63,985 nucleotides of DNA, filler included, from Bradymonadales bacterium (GCA_007693605.1; 4 parts of 4 records of this genome joined end to end with filler, not necessarily neighbours in it); one strand, 5' to 3'. Shown: positions 51,654 to 62,479, counted from the first letter of the whole stretch. Notes: generated by a model not told the origin, from the sequence alone. Translations and numbers: made by a program.

Positions 51654-53060
51654 ATGAGTGTTGAATTAGACAATGTTTGGCGTACCCACCTCGTGAGGGC
51701 AACCTGTGAAACGGAGGCCTTCCCCTCTAACTATGGTGCTGGCGAACGGCTGCAAGAGAAAATTTTACAGAAAACAGCTAAAATTGGAATTATCGGGCAG
51801 GGCTATGTCGGGCTGCCCCTTGCTATCGTATTTAACAGATTCGATTTCAGCGTGCTTGGGTTTGAAAAGAATGTTGAAAAGATCAAACTGTTGAACGAAG
51901 GGGTTTCCTATATTCAAGATGTCCCGAGCAGAGATGTTGAGAAATACCGCAAATTGGGCAAATTTGAAGCAACATCTGATTTTCCCAGGCTGAAGGATTG
52001 TGATGTTGTCATAATCTGTGTTCCTACGCCATTAGCCAAGACTCAAGATCCAGATATGTCTTTCATACTATCTGCCGTAGAGAGCATTGCGAGAAACTTT
52101 CGAGAAGGGCAGTTGGTCATCCTGGAAAGCACGACTTATCCGGGCACCACTCGCGAAGTCGTTCTCCCCATACTGGAAGCTGCTCAAAAACAGACTAACA
52201 AACAGAAATTGAGAGTTGGAAGAGATTTTTTCCTAGCCTTTTCACCAGAACGGGTTGATCCCGGAAACAAGAAATACAGTGTTTTTAACACTCCTAAGGT
52301 TGTTGGGGGTGTCACCAGTATTTGTGCTGATTTGGCCTGCCTCTTTTATGCTCAGGCTCTTAAACAAGTGGTGAGAGTCAGTTCACCTGAAACTGCTGAA
52401 ATGGTGAAACTCCTTGAAAACACCTTTCGTGCCGTAAACATCGGTCTTGTAAATGAGGTCGCTGTCATGTGTGAGAAGCTTGGTATTGACTGCTGGGAAG
52501 TAATTGAAGCGGCCGCATCTAAGCCTTTTGGCTATATGCCGTTTTACCCAGGGCCGGGCCTTGGCGGCCACTGCATACCAATCGATCCTTCCTATTTAAG
52601 CTGGAAGCTTCGTGGGCTGAATTATACCGCGCGATTTATAGAGCTGGCTCGTGAGGTGAATGCATCGATGCCTCAGTTTTGCATTCGTAAAGTTATATCA
52701 GCTTTGAATATGGATAGTACTGCAGTGAATGGCTCTCGGGTACTGGTGTTGGGTGTTTCGTACAAGAAAGATATTGATGATGTTCGTGAATCCCCTGCTA
52801 TCGATGTTATCCATGAGTTAGAAGCCATGGGTGCGAAAGTCGACTACTATGATCCCTTCGTGGCCAAATTGAATTACGAAGGAATTCAGAAAGCGTCAAA
52901 AAACTGGTCAGACGGGCTTGGCAGCGACTATGAATGTGTGGTCATTATCACAGACCATACAGAAGTAGATTATGAAGCCATTCTTAAGAGCGCAAAGCGG
53001 ATCGTGGACACAAGAAATGCCCTCAAGAAGTTCAAGCATGAAAAGATCGTTAAACTTTAA
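51654..53060 (+). CDS. Nucleotide-sugar dehydrogenase (UDP-GlcNAc 6-dehydrogenase, WbpA-like)
   Basis: GQGYVGLP, ESTTYPGTT, FSPERVDPG, GPGLGGHCIPIDP. Confidence 0.93.
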   Translation: MSVELDNVWRTHLVRATCETEAFPSNYGAGERLQEKILQKTAKIGIIGQGYVGLPLAIVFNRFDFSVLGFEKNVEKIKLLNEGVSYIQDVPSRDVEKYRKLGKFEATSDFPRLKDCDVVIICVPTPLAKTQDPDMSFILSAVESIARNFREGQLVILESTTYPGTTREVVLPILEAAQKQTNKQKLRVGRDFFLAFSPERVDPGNKKYSVFNTPKVVGGVTSICADLACLFYAQALKQVVRVSSPETAEMVKLLENTFRAVNIGLVNEVAVMCEKLGIDCWEVIEAAASKPFGYMPFYPGPGLGGHCIPIDPSYLSWKLRGLNYTARFIELAREVNASMPQFCIRKVISALNMDSTAVNGSRVLVLGVSYKKDIDDVRESPAIDVIHELEAMGAKVDYYDPFVAKLNYEGIQKASKNWSDGLGSDYECVVIITDHTEVDYEAILKSAKRIVDTRNALKKFKHEKIVKL

Positions 53061-53122
53061 GCCCACATGACCCCTGTCTCAGGCCTGACAGCTGTGAGAT
53101 TCCGAAAATTTGTGTCAAACAG

Positions 53123-54787
53123 TTGAGGAATACGACTCACGAGACTCCGATTGCCTCTCCCCCGGTCTCCTGCTTAAAGGGATGGGTGGTGGTGATCTTG
53201 AGGCAAATTGGAGCCGGATTTTTTTGGGCTCGGGGGCTTTGGCTTTTTGGCTCTACTCTTCTGTTCATGGGCCTTTGTCTGAGCCCAGGGGATGTCGATG
53301 CATCTCATTGCGCTTCAGGCCTGGGAGTCTCTTCTCGGCCTCTTCGGCTTGGCAGTGATTGGCAGCATGATCTGCTTCGATTGGACGCTAGAGAGGGCCT
53401 GCCTCGCTGGGTGGCGGGGCATCAAGGCATTTCAAGACGAGAGTTCTTTGAACTCACCCAAACTCAAGACCCCAGGCTTTGTCGTCCAGAGAGGCCTTTG
53501 GGTTTCGAGTCGGCCTTCATGAATTTCTCTTACACCAACGCAACTCGAAAGGTCTCTGATCCGAAGAACCGCCATACGGTGCATGAAATCTTTATCAATC
53601 CCCTGAAACAAAACGAGGGATACTATCTTCGAAATGAGCCGCAATGGAGTATGGGCTTTGACATCGTGAGTGAACCCGAAAGCTGGCTTGCTTTCGAGTT
53701 CTCGCCTCGTGTGGTAAACACCTGGATCGGTGACGAAAAGCCTCGCAGTGATTTTCATCTGGAGCGGGCCTATCTTCAAATCCGCTTTTCGGACTGGAAC
53801 CTCCGCGTTGGTCGGCAAGAACTGGGTTGGGGGCTTTCGCCCACGGGCGGAATCTTTTGGTCGAATAGCCCACGGCCCGCCGACATGATTCTTCTGACGC
53901 CTGACAAGCCGTTTCAATTTCCTTGGATCTTCAAACATCTCGGCCAAGTGAAATTCTCAAGCTTTTTGGCGCATGCGGGTCAGTATCGAGACTATCCTCA
54001 TGCGAAAATCTTTGGCACGAAAATGAGCTTTCGCTTCAACCGCTTCGTTGAACTGGGCTTCACTCAGGCCCTCACATTTGGCGGTAAAGGCTCTGAGCCC
54101 ATCAAGCCCTGGGAGATTTTTCGTGAGGCCTTTACGCCCTTTAAAAATCAAAGTACCCCAGACAGCCCAGAGAATGTGGCCGATGGTCGTGCGGGGGCTG
54201 AGCTTCGAGTTCGAATTCCCTTTCTTCACAATCTTGTCTGGAGTTATGAAACCGTTATAGACGACGGCAGACACGGCGACCTTTGGAAGCTCTACAAAGA
54301 TCAGGTCGGCTACCGAAGCCTGTTCTACTGGCCCTCCATCGACCCCTGGGAGTCGACGAGTCTCACGGTGGAGTATGCTCGCTTTCCGAAACTGATCTAT
54401 CGACACCACCTCTGGCAAACCGGCTACTCTCTAGACGAGAGATTCATCGGAGATCACTTTGGCCCACAAACTCGTCGCTGGGCTTTCATCTTTAGAAGTC
54501 AAATTGGACCGAAGCTTCAGCTCAACCAAAGATTTCAGTGGTTGAAACGAAGTAATAACGACTACGCGCAACAACGAGACTCTGCGAACTTTTTAAGAGT
54601 GGTGCCCACCACCGATCGACCCAAAGAGGTCAGTTGGAGCTGGCAGCCCAGTATCAATTGGCAGGTCTCTGAAAATCTCGAAGCCGACTTTGATTTCGGA
54701 TTTGAGAGAGTGAAAAACTATCAGTTTGAAGCCGACCGAAGCCGCAGCTTGTTTTTGACCCAGCTGCAGCTGCGCTACTGGTTCTAG
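53123..54787 (+). CDS. Capsule assembly Wzi-family outer membrane protein
   Basis: RVGRQELGWG..TGG..WSN, FPWIFKHLG, ELG..Q..FGG; C-terminal Phe; start uncertain. Confidence 0.75.
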   Translation: MRNTTHETPIASPPVSCLKGWVVVILRQIGAGFFWARGLWLFGSTLLFMGLCLSPGDVDASHCASGLGVSSRPLRLGSDWQHDLLRLDAREGLPRWVAGHQGISRREFFELTQTQDPRLCRPERPLGFESAFMNFSYTNATRKVSDPKNRHTVHEIFINPLKQNEGYYLRNEPQWSMGFDIVSEPESWLAFEFSPRVVNTWIGDEKPRSDFHLERAYLQIRFSDWNLRVGRQELGWGLSPTGGIFWSNSPRPADMILLTPDKPFQFPWIFKHLGQVKFSSFLAHAGQYRDYPHAKIFGTKMSFRFNRFVELGFTQALTFGGKGSEPIKPWEIFREAFTPFKNQSTPDSPENVADGRAGAELRVRIPFLHNLVWSYETVIDDGRHGDLWKLYKDQVGYRSLFYWPSIDPWESTSLTVEYARFPKLIYRHHLWQTGYSLDERFIGDHFGPQTRRWAFIFRSQIGPKLQLNQRFQWLKRSNNDYAQQRDSANFLRVVPTTDRPKEVSWSWQPSINWQVSENLEADFDFGFERVKNYQFEADRSRSLFLTQLQLRYWF

Positions 54788-54856
54788 TCGAGATCAAAGG
54801 GAGTGAGGTCGGCAAAGCAGATAGGCCTTTGATTGACGATTCATGACGACTGGAGC

Positions 54857-56227
54857 CTAAGCGGTCTTCAGCTTAGGCCTCGTCTTTGGCCCACCACCCG
54901 GAGCGCCCACGCCATAGTAAGTGAAATCTTTCTTTCTCAGAGAGGCGGCATCATAAATATTCCGCCCGTCCAAAACGAGGGCTTCGGCCAAGGTCACTTT
55001 GATCTTGTCAAAGTCAGGCGATCGATACTCGGGCCACTCTGTCAAGACGGCAAGCGCGTGAGCCCCCCCTAGGGCATCGTACGGCTCTTCAAACAATTGA
55101 AGGCTTCCTTCTTTCAGCTCCTTCGCGAATAACTTCTGAACATTGGGAATGGCCGCAGGATCATGGGCCTGAACCTTTGCCCCATGGCCGATTAGTCTTC
55201 TGATCAGGTCGACAGAAGGGGCCTCTCGAAGGTCGTCTGTATTTGGCTTAAATGCCAGCCCCCAAAGACCAATCACTTTGCCCTTAAAATCAGATCTCCA
55301 AACCTCCTCTAGCTTGTCAGCAACCCAAGCTCGCTGCCGACGATTCACGAAATCAATCGCTTCTAAAATCTTCATCGGCTCCTTTAGGGCCTTACCTTGA
55401 GCCACCAGCGAGTGGCTGTCTTTGGGAAGACAACTTCCGCCATAGCCAATGCCAGGAAACAAAAACTGATCCCCAATTCTAGAGTCGGTAATCATTCCGG
55501 CCCGAATCTCGCGAATATCGGCACCCATGGCCTCTGCCAATCGCGCCATCTCGTTAATGAATGAAATCTTCGTCGCCAGAAAACAATTGCAAGCATATTT
55601 TACTAACTCGGCAGAACGACGGCTCATACTGATGATTCGATCTCGCTTCAACATAAAGGGGTGATGCAGCTCTGCTAAAAGCTCCATCGCTTCGGGATCA
55701 AGGGTTCCGATAATCACTCGCTCCGGCTTCAAGAAGTCTTGAACAGCCGAACCTTGCTTCAAAAACTCTGGATTTGAAGCCACCACAGGAAATTTGGATT
55801 TTTTTCGAAGATAGTCTTCAACCTCGTCGCCCGTTCCGACCGGTACGGTGCTTTTAATCACAACAATTTTGTCTCGAAGCTCGCCCTCCAAAGAACTTAG
55901 CTGGTCCATCACCTTGAAGAGATAACTGAGGTCCGAACTCCCGTCGGGTTTCTCTGGCGTCCCTACGGCTACGAAAATCACGCGACTTTCCCTTAAAGCC
56001 CTTTCAAAGGCCGGATCGGCCACATGGAGAAAATGAAGCCGTTTACTCTGAAGACCCGCCTGAATCAGCTCCTCAAGCCCTGCCTCAAAGATGGGGCTCT
56101 TTCCCTCTCGCATGAGCTTTAGCTTCTCTTCGGAAACATCCGCAGCAAAAACCGTATTTCCCGTAGAAGCCAGCCCAGCGGCCTGAACTAGCCCGACATA
56201 ACCCGCACCGAATACACAAATCTTCAT
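54857..56227 (-). CDS. ugd: UDP-glucose 6-dehydrogenase
   Basis: GAGYVGL, KSTVPVGT, SNPEFL, GYGGSCLPKD, LAFKPNTDDLRE. Confidence 0.95.
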   Translation of the reverse strand: MKICVFGAGYVGLVQAAGLASTGNTVFAADVSEEKLKLMREGKSPIFEAGLEELIQAGLQSKRLHFLHVADPAFERALRESRVIFVAVGTPEKPDGSSDLSYLFKVMDQLSSLEGELRDKIVVIKSTVPVGTGDEVEDYLRKKSKFPVVASNPEFLKQGSAVQDFLKPERVIIGTLDPEAMELLAELHHPFMLKRDRIISMSRRSAELVKYACNCFLATKISFINEMARLAEAMGADIREIRAGMITDSRIGDQFLFPGIGYGGSCLPKDSHSLVAQGKALKEPMKILEAIDFVNRRQRAWVADKLEEVWRSDFKGKVIGLWGLAFKPNTDDLREAPSVDLIRRLIGHGAKVQAHDPAAIPNVQKLFAKELKEGSLQLFEEPYDALGGAHALAVLTEWPEYRSPDFDKIKVTLAEALVLDGRNIYDAASLRKKDFTYYGVGAPGGGPKTRPKLKTA

Positions 56228-56431
56228 GCTTCATTTCTGCCGGAAAAGTCTGCCCGCGTCTAGGATTCAGGCGATGCGAAGCATTTCTCTTTCAGTAGGA
56301 ATTGATCGAAACCGAGAGGCAGCACGATTAAATTTTTTGAATTGATGGCTTTTCTAGCTTGGGCTTTTTGAGATAGGGGCTTAGTATTACAGGTTGAGGG
56401 TGAGCTCTCTAAAGCACTTCGGTGGGTAGTC

Positions 56432-57673
56432 ATGAGTGAAGTTTTCGGATTTTTTGTTTTATTAACATTCTTAGCTTGTGTTTTTGCTTGGGCGTCGAGT
56501 TCGGTTCTTCTCCCCTTCTGCATCAGACATGCAAGGCGCTGGGGAAGCCTCGATCGGCCCAACCCTCGAAAGCTTCACCAAATGCCGACTCCCCGGCTCG
56601 GCGGGCTCGGCATTAGTCCAACCATTTGGTTTGCCTGTGCGATGGCGCTATTCGCAGTTGATCGAGTGGGTCCAAGGCTCGACCTACCCGCCTATTGGAA
56701 TCCGATGCTTGTGGGCCTTCTTCTCGGCTCAGGCGGAATGTTCCTGATTGGGCTTCTGGATGATCTGAAGTCGATGTCGGCGTCGAGGAAACTTCTTGGC
56801 CAGGCTCTTGTGGCCGCAGTCGTGATCGCCTTTCTACCCATCCCCCAAAGCATTATGGGCATTGAGCTGCCCCAAAGCCTTAGTCTCTTTCTGATCTTTG
56901 GCTGGCTATTAGTCGTTCCCAACGCCATCAATCTGATGGATGGCATTGATGGTCTCACTTCAGGAATGCTGCTTGTTTTTCTATTGACGGCCTCGGTTCT
57001 CGCCGTCGCCGGCCAACAAAGCTTGTTGCTCATGATTAGCTTGCCACTGGCGGTCACCATCATCAGCTTTCTTCGCTTCAACTGGGCGCCTGCCAAGATA
57101 TTCTTAGGAGATTCCGGCTCGTTGAGTTTGGGTTTTGTGGTTGCCTATCTTTCTTTGGGAGTCAGCTTCCAGTCGAATAGCCCTGGGGGCCACCCCCAGA
57201 ATTGGAGCCTGTGGATCAGCCTACTTCTAGTATCGGTGTGGCTGGCAGATACGAGCATTGCAGTCGCCAGAAGATACCTCTCAAAAGCACCTCGGCTTAA
57301 GATCTTTCTAAAACGCTCTAAGATCACTTACTTTCTGCTTCATCAGGCCGCCATCAGAAATATTGTACGGCCCGACTGTCGGCACCTTCATCACCTCGCC
57401 CTAAGATCCGGCTTCAGCGTCAAATCGACGGTCTTTCTGATTTCTGCAAGCCTTTTGAGTATCCACTTTAGCTTGTTAGGTTTTTGGTTGTTCGCTCAGT
57501 CGGAAACGAAAAACTTTGTCGCAGCGAACTTATTGCCGAGCCTTTTGATTTGCTCAAGCGCCGTCATTTTTTTACAAATTGTGGATCAGGTTCGAAAGAA
57601 GCGCAGTCTAGAGCCATCGAAAGAAATTCCTGGAATTGGGGCTTCAGGTCCTGAAAGAAAAGAAGTCGCTTAA
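56432..57673 (+). CDS. MraY/WecA-family polyprenyl-phosphate sugar-1-phosphate transferase
   Basis: RKLH..PTPRLGG, GLLDD, NAINLMDGIDGL, FNWAPAKIFLGDSGS, HLHH. Confidence 0.92.
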   Translation: MSEVFGFFVLLTFLACVFAWASSSVLLPFCIRHARRWGSLDRPNPRKLHQMPTPRLGGLGISPTIWFACAMALFAVDRVGPRLDLPAYWNPMLVGLLLGSGGMFLIGLLDDLKSMSASRKLLGQALVAAVVIAFLPIPQSIMGIELPQSLSLFLIFGWLLVVPNAINLMDGIDGLTSGMLLVFLLTASVLAVAGQQSLLLMISLPLAVTIISFLRFNWAPAKIFLGDSGSLSLGFVVAYLSLGVSFQSNSPGGHPQNWSLWISLLLVSVWLADTSIAVARRYLSKAPRLKIFLKRSKITYFLLHQAAIRNIVRPDCRHLHHLALRSGFSVKSTVFLISASLLSIHFSLLGFWLFAQSETKNFVAANLLPSLLICSSAVIFLQIVDQVRKKRSLEPSKEIPGIGASGPERKEVA

Positions 57674-57680
57674 AGAGAAA

Positions 57681-58526
57681 TCAAGGCGTCTCTGGTTCCG
57701 CCAAACACAACAGACCAATCTGCTGAATCTGAAACAAGCGCTCTGCCACCTGCATCCTAGCGGCGGCCAAAGAGTAAATGCTGTCAGTGGCTTCTTCGAC
57801 AGAATTGATATTCGAGTTTTTATAGCTTAAGCTCGGGTCCTTGACATGAATATTCAGCTTCGTCTCAGCAAACAAGCCTGGCGGAGCGATGATCCGAAAT
57901 GCTCTTTCAGACTCCAATTTAATCGAGTCTTCATCCAATCGGCGGACCAAGACCCCCGTTCTTTTGTGAAATCGATCCATGATCACATACAGATCCTCAG
58001 TAGCAACGGGCTGACCATGATTGGAGCTGATGCCCATTGCCACCGAATTAAGAATGATCGGAAGAACACTGAAAGCGTCAGGTTTCAGTTTAAGCTCCAG
58101 CTGATAAATATCCCCAAGTCCCGACAAGCCTAACTCAATCCGTCGTCGCATTGCGGCTTCCCCGTAGGGTTGAAACTGAAGTTCAAATGAAAACGGAGAA
58201 CTGAGAACCTGATGCACCTGCCCCGCTGCATCCAAAAAATGCTCCCCCTCAAGCTTTCGACTCACTTGAGTTTTTATTGAATCATAGCGAAAGGCCAGGG
58301 CCTCCCGTCTCTCTTGCGAGATCTCGTCCAGAGCCGCTAAAACCACCAGATTAGATTGATCGCTGAGAAGCCGAAAAATTTCGCTCAATGGCTCTCGCAA
58401 CTCCTGCCCGAGCTGGGTCGCTTCTTTGCATTCCAAAACAGGAACTCGGTCTTGAGCCTCTAGGGCTTGAATTCCCAACCAAATCGACAAAACTCCAAAA
58501 ACACTCATCATCCTAATTGACCTCAC
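57681..58526 (-). CDS. Hypothetical exported protein
   Basis: Signal peptide ending ALEA; no recognisable domain. Confidence 0.6.
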   Translation of the reverse strand: MRSIRMMSVFGVLSIWLGIQALEAQDRVPVLECKEATQLGQELREPLSEIFRLLSDQSNLVVLAALDEISQERREALAFRYDSIKTQVSRKLEGEHFLDAAGQVHQVLSSPFSFELQFQPYGEAAMRRRIELGLSGLGDIYQLELKLKPDAFSVLPIILNSVAMGISSNHGQPVATEDLYVIMDRFHKRTGVLVRRLDEDSIKLESERAFRIIAPPGLFAETKLNIHVKDPSLSYKNSNINSVEEATDSIYSLAAARMQVAERLFQIQQIGLLCLAEPETP

Positions 58527-58611
58527 ATTTCAAGGCCATTTCGCCCGAGCCCCGCCCCTCTGACAAGAAGAAAGCGCCCACGCCCTCAAGGACCATCGAG
58601 CTAGCTATACA

Positions 58612-58722
58612 GGGAGTGTCGCTAAAGGCCCATCTGCTTTGGCGGCTGCGATGCTCGCTCCTTGCCTTCGCGCATCTGGACCCTTATCGCCACTCCCGAA
58701 TCGGGAGTTTGGCGACACTTCC
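58612..58722. repeat. Family B element with terminal inverted repeats
   Basis: GGGAGTGTCGCTAAA ... TTTGGCGACACTTCC. Confidence 0.8.
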
Positions 58723-58820
58723 AGGTCAACCTGAACGAAGGCTGGTTGGGCCTCCACAAAAAATCTGGGAACGGCCCCCAAGCTTTGCTAAACTAAAAGC
58801 CTTCTGGGGGGAGGAAGAAA

Positions 58821-59306
58821 ATGTTTCCATTCGCATTGATGTTGTTTTCATTTCAAGTCGTCAGCTTTGATGAATCTTACGACCATCGGGCCTTTGTGCG
58901 AGATCTACCTGTTCATTCTGAGTTTCAAGTCGGGGGACCCAATGGCATCTCTCCATTTGATTTGCGACTGGAGTTTGCGACACCCCTAACCAAAGAGCCC
59001 CTGATTTCTGGGGCCTCATGGAGCGATCAATTTTGGCTCCGAGACTCTTGGATGAAGATTGGCGATCATCGTGTAGAGCTTCAGTGCGCCAGAATCTACG
59101 GCACAGAGTTTGGTTCCGACACGAAGATCATCAGCTTTTCGATTCACCCCTCACGCGAAGCTTGCGAAACAGAGGGCTGGCTTGACTTACACAGCCAGCC
59201 TCATCGCTTTTCTTTTACTGTGAATAGCAAGCGGCCCAGTCGAATGCTTGGGCCCAGCTTTCGATTTTTTCACAATGACTTTCGTGTGGCCCATCTCGAC
59301 GAGTGA
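58821..59306 (+). CDS. Hypothetical exported protein
   Basis: GGAGG SD, short hydrophobic N-terminus, two Cys. Confidence 0.6.
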   Translation: MFPFALMLFSFQVVSFDESYDHRAFVRDLPVHSEFQVGGPNGISPFDLRLEFATPLTKEPLISGASWSDQFWLRDSWMKIGDHRVELQCARIYGTEFGSDTKIISFSIHPSREACETEGWLDLHSQPHRFSFTVNSKRPSRMLGPSFRFFHNDFRVAHLDE

Positions 59307-59339
59307 GGGGGCTGAGAAAAAGCCTTGCTCTCACTGAGC

Positions 59340-60829
59340 TTACTCAGGCTCAACAATCTCGAATCGACCCTCTCGTTCCCAGCTTTCAATCTTTTCTCTC
59401 GTCCAATAAAGGGTGGTGGAATTTCCCACAATCTGAATATCCAAGGGGATCGTGTCTGCGTCGATCGATCTTGGTAAGGCTTCGCCCTCTTGAAAGTGAG
59501 GATAGACCGCGATCACACCCGGAAGTCGTCTCGCCGCTTCGATGGTTTCAAAGTTCAATCGACTGCCCGGAGTTTGAGTGTGAACAAAATACTGAAGAGC
59601 CTGCTGCCTTACAGAATACATGGGCGCTCTTGCTCGAAAGCTTTCTGGGTCTAAAGCCGCTTCAACTGTCGTCAACACCTGACAGGAGTCCGTCGCGGCC
59701 CGTATCATTCGCGGGGTTTGAGCTCCACAAATTCTGGCACCCACTTCAACCAAAACAATCTGCCCGTCGGGCCTTCTCATCAACTCGATATGAGCTGGCC
59801 CGTGTTGAATTCCCAAAGCATCCAGTACCTGTTTGGAGTAAGAGACCAAAGACTGTTGAAGCATTCTTCGTTTCTCAACCTCTCGGTTTAGGTCGTCTAC
59901 CCGTGACACCTTGCCGAGCGAATCTAGAAAGAGCCCGCTCCTCTCCCGTCTATCCGAAAGCCCTTCAAAGAGCGGGTCACCCGAAATTGGATTCTGCAGC
60001 CGATTGGCTCGATAGAGCGTCGCCGCGCCTTCCACACGAGTTCTCTCGTAATCCAAAATCTCCGTGACAATATGCCGCCCATCTAAACTGACGGTGTTCA
60101 CTGAGAACTCAGTCCCTTCAACAAACTCTTGAACAATGACCGCTTCATTAATTTGGTTCAATCCATTTAGCTTCGCAAAGATCTTATTGAAAGCCGCACT
60201 GAATTCTTCGATCGAGTGTACGAAATAAACTCCATTGGTGCCCGCACTCGAAGGGGGCTTGACCACCACCGGCCAACGGCCATGCTCAAGAACCCAAGCC
60301 TCGAGCTCTCGATAATCCTTTGATTTCATCTGATCGATATGAGCCAGGCCCTTCTCGCGTAGAACTCTGTGCATCTCAAATTTATCTATGCGAGCAAGAC
60401 TTAAGGCCGTTCCGTTATTTGGCACACCCAGTCCTTCACCCAACTGGTCTGCCAAAAGAACGCCCGTTTCGGCTCCGGCCACAACAGCAAAAATCGATCG
60501 ATGCTTTAACTCAGCAAGAAGGCGCTGAACTTGTTCAGGCTTGCGAGAATCAATGACGAAGTCTTGAATCAAAAGGCTTTTAACACCGGACTCATGAAAG
60601 CTCCTCCAAAAGGCGGGCTCTGCGGTCATCTCAGGGTGGGCGTGAACATGAATCACCCGCACCCCCCTTGTTCGAAAAGCACTGATCAAATCAATACCAG
60701 AGGAGTAGGCATCAACAACCAGGGCCACTCGCTCAGCACAAGGCTTCGAAAGGCTTGGTCTGCTGCCCGCCACAAGCAAGGCGGTTGCGAGAATAAGAAA
60801 ACAGAATCTTAAGACTCTTGAGCTTCTAA
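59340..60829 (-). CDS. ATP-grasp ligase (L-amino-acid ligase-like), 5' end at contig edge
   Basis: DKFEM, PVVVKP..SAGT.GV, VQEFVEGTEFSV, GPAHIE, VEVGAR; frame stays open to the contig end. Confidence 0.88.
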
Positions 60830-60929
60830 NNNNNNNNNNNNNNNNNNNNNNNNNNNNNNNNNNNNNNNNNNNNTTAATTAATTAANNNNNNNNNNNNNNN
60901 NNNNNNNNNNNNNNNNNNNNNNNNNNNNN
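60830..60929. other. Artificial contig linker
   Basis: N run with TTAATTAATTAA. Confidence 0.99.
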
Positions 60930-61091
60930 GAGCAGCGCAGTGAGGAGAGCAACGAAGCTGGGCGGAAAAAGAGGACGCAAGATGGGGTGCCTGGTTAGAC
61001 GATTTTGGAACTGCTTGTTTGAAGTGGGCGGCCTGAGGAGGCCAAATTCTATTTTTCGAAAGGGGCTGATGGGACGAGTTTGGAACTCCAC

Positions 61092-61352
61092 TCATTCGTA
61101 AACATCTTTACGATGTCCTATCATCAGAACAACAACCCTATTTGAATCATGATCAATTCTATAGATTACGCGATGATCCTCGACCCTCAATCGACGCAAC
61201 CCCTTTAAAGAGCGGCGTAGAGGTTTACCGTACGCCACTGGATCTATCGCGAGCTTTTTCTCAATCGCTTTTTTTATTTTTTTTGAGACTTCCGCAGATA
61301 GTTTCGGAATGTGTTCGGAAACGACTTCAGAGGTGTACAGAATCTTAAACAT
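61092..61352 (-). CDS. RelE/ParE family toxin
   Basis: GKPLRRSLKGLRRLRVEDHRVIY...IGHRKDVY; TAATG overlap with the antitoxin. Confidence 0.93.
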   Translation of the reverse strand: MFKILYTSEVVSEHIPKLSAEVSKKIKKAIEKKLAIDPVAYGKPLRRSLKGLRRLRVEDHRVIYRIDHDSNRVVVLMIGHRKDVYE

Positions 61353-61579
61353 TACTTCCAAGCGTCTTCGTGAGAAACAAGCTTCGAATTATCATGCTCT
61401 TCCCACCTACGATCGCCTTCTCTGGAAAAATAAAGATCCTCTTGAATCTCGAGAGCCTCTTCGACTAAATCGGCGGCAATACCTGACAGTGACTGACCAC
61501 GCTTGGAGGCTAGACGTTCAAGCTCTTTGTAAACTCGATTTTCAACAGGGATCTGGATTCTTTTCTTCGTAGTAGGCAT
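61352..61579 (-). CDS. Ribbon-helix-helix antitoxin
   Basis: RIQIPV strand, LA...GQSLS helices, EALEIQED; upstream of RelE. Confidence 0.88.
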   Translation of the reverse strand: MPTTKKRIQIPVENRVYKELERLASKRGQSLSGIAADLVEEALEIQEDLYFSREGDRRWEEHDNSKLVSHEDAWK

Positions 61580-61586
61580 ACCATTG

Positions 61587-61615
61587 AGTGTACCACTAGT
61601 TCACCACCCCGTCAA
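61587..61615 (-). promoter_or_regulatory. sigma70 promoter/operator of TA operon 1
   Basis: TTGACG-17-TACACT, 7 nt before the ATG. Confidence 0.8.
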
Positions 61616-62009
61616 GGTGCCTACTTAGACGAGTAAGGACCTACTTGTTCGTAAATTTTCTGTGGGATTCGCTTAGCGCCGGCACTACTTCTGCTCCTGT
61701 AGAGCCTTACTCACTTTTGTGCTCAAGCCTATGGGGATGCGCTCATCTCATCGGTTGTGGCGTTCCGCTTGAGGGCTTCTGGCCTTCGTTATCCCCTCAA
61801 GTTTTCGTAGCAATTCTCATGCGGGAGTACATTCAAACCCTTGGCCCCGAAACTTGTCGACTCTCCCATCCGAGCAAAATGGCGCAGTATTTCACGGTCC
61901 ACCGCATTTCCTTACCTCACTCGCGTCCTTTGTGCTAATCAAACAGCCTTCTGTGTGAATTCAAATGCTTAACTGCGTGGCCGTGCCCGCCGCGTACAAG
62001 TAGATCCGT

Positions 62010-62400
62010 AGTCGAAAGTTCTCGGTGGCTCGTCGTCGGGGTAAAACTCCTGGGAGTCGTGTGGAGCTGTAGCGGCCACACTCCAAGCACTTTGATTTAT
62101 AAACTTCCACACGAACACAAATCAGACGATTTCCAATTCGAGTATGTTTGAGCGTCCGAGAATAGCGATCCTTGAGCAGCAAGGCTTGCGAGTCACAATA
62201 GAGGACAGCGCCTCTCTCCTCGGTAAACCGCTGAAACAAGAGTTTCTTCCCCTTCCTCTACTTTTTGAATCTCTATATCCCGCAATCCTATGATAAGTTC
62301 AGTCTTCTGGGGCATCCCGCTCCTCCTTGATTTTATTGATGTTTTCAACACCAACAGTTTAATCAAAGAGGGCGCTTGCCCCTAATAATGATGGAGAGCC
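62010..62400 (-). pseudogene. ISL3-family remnant (left end plus frameshifted, truncated transposase N-terminus)
   Basis: GGCTCT terminus at 62400, SD and ATG at 62315, RRCP/YC frameshift, CLECG zinc finger, RRRATENFR; no catalytic domain. Confidence 0.75.
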
Positions 62401-62479
62401 TCGGGATATCACCCCGACGGTCAGGGGCTTTCCTAAAATAGGATTTTCCTATATTATTAAAGTTGTAAAGGTGATAACA

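Noticed and set aside
59303..60067. 254-aa plus-strand ORF
   Set aside because: Antisense to the ATP-grasp gene, with low-complexity S/R/P composition
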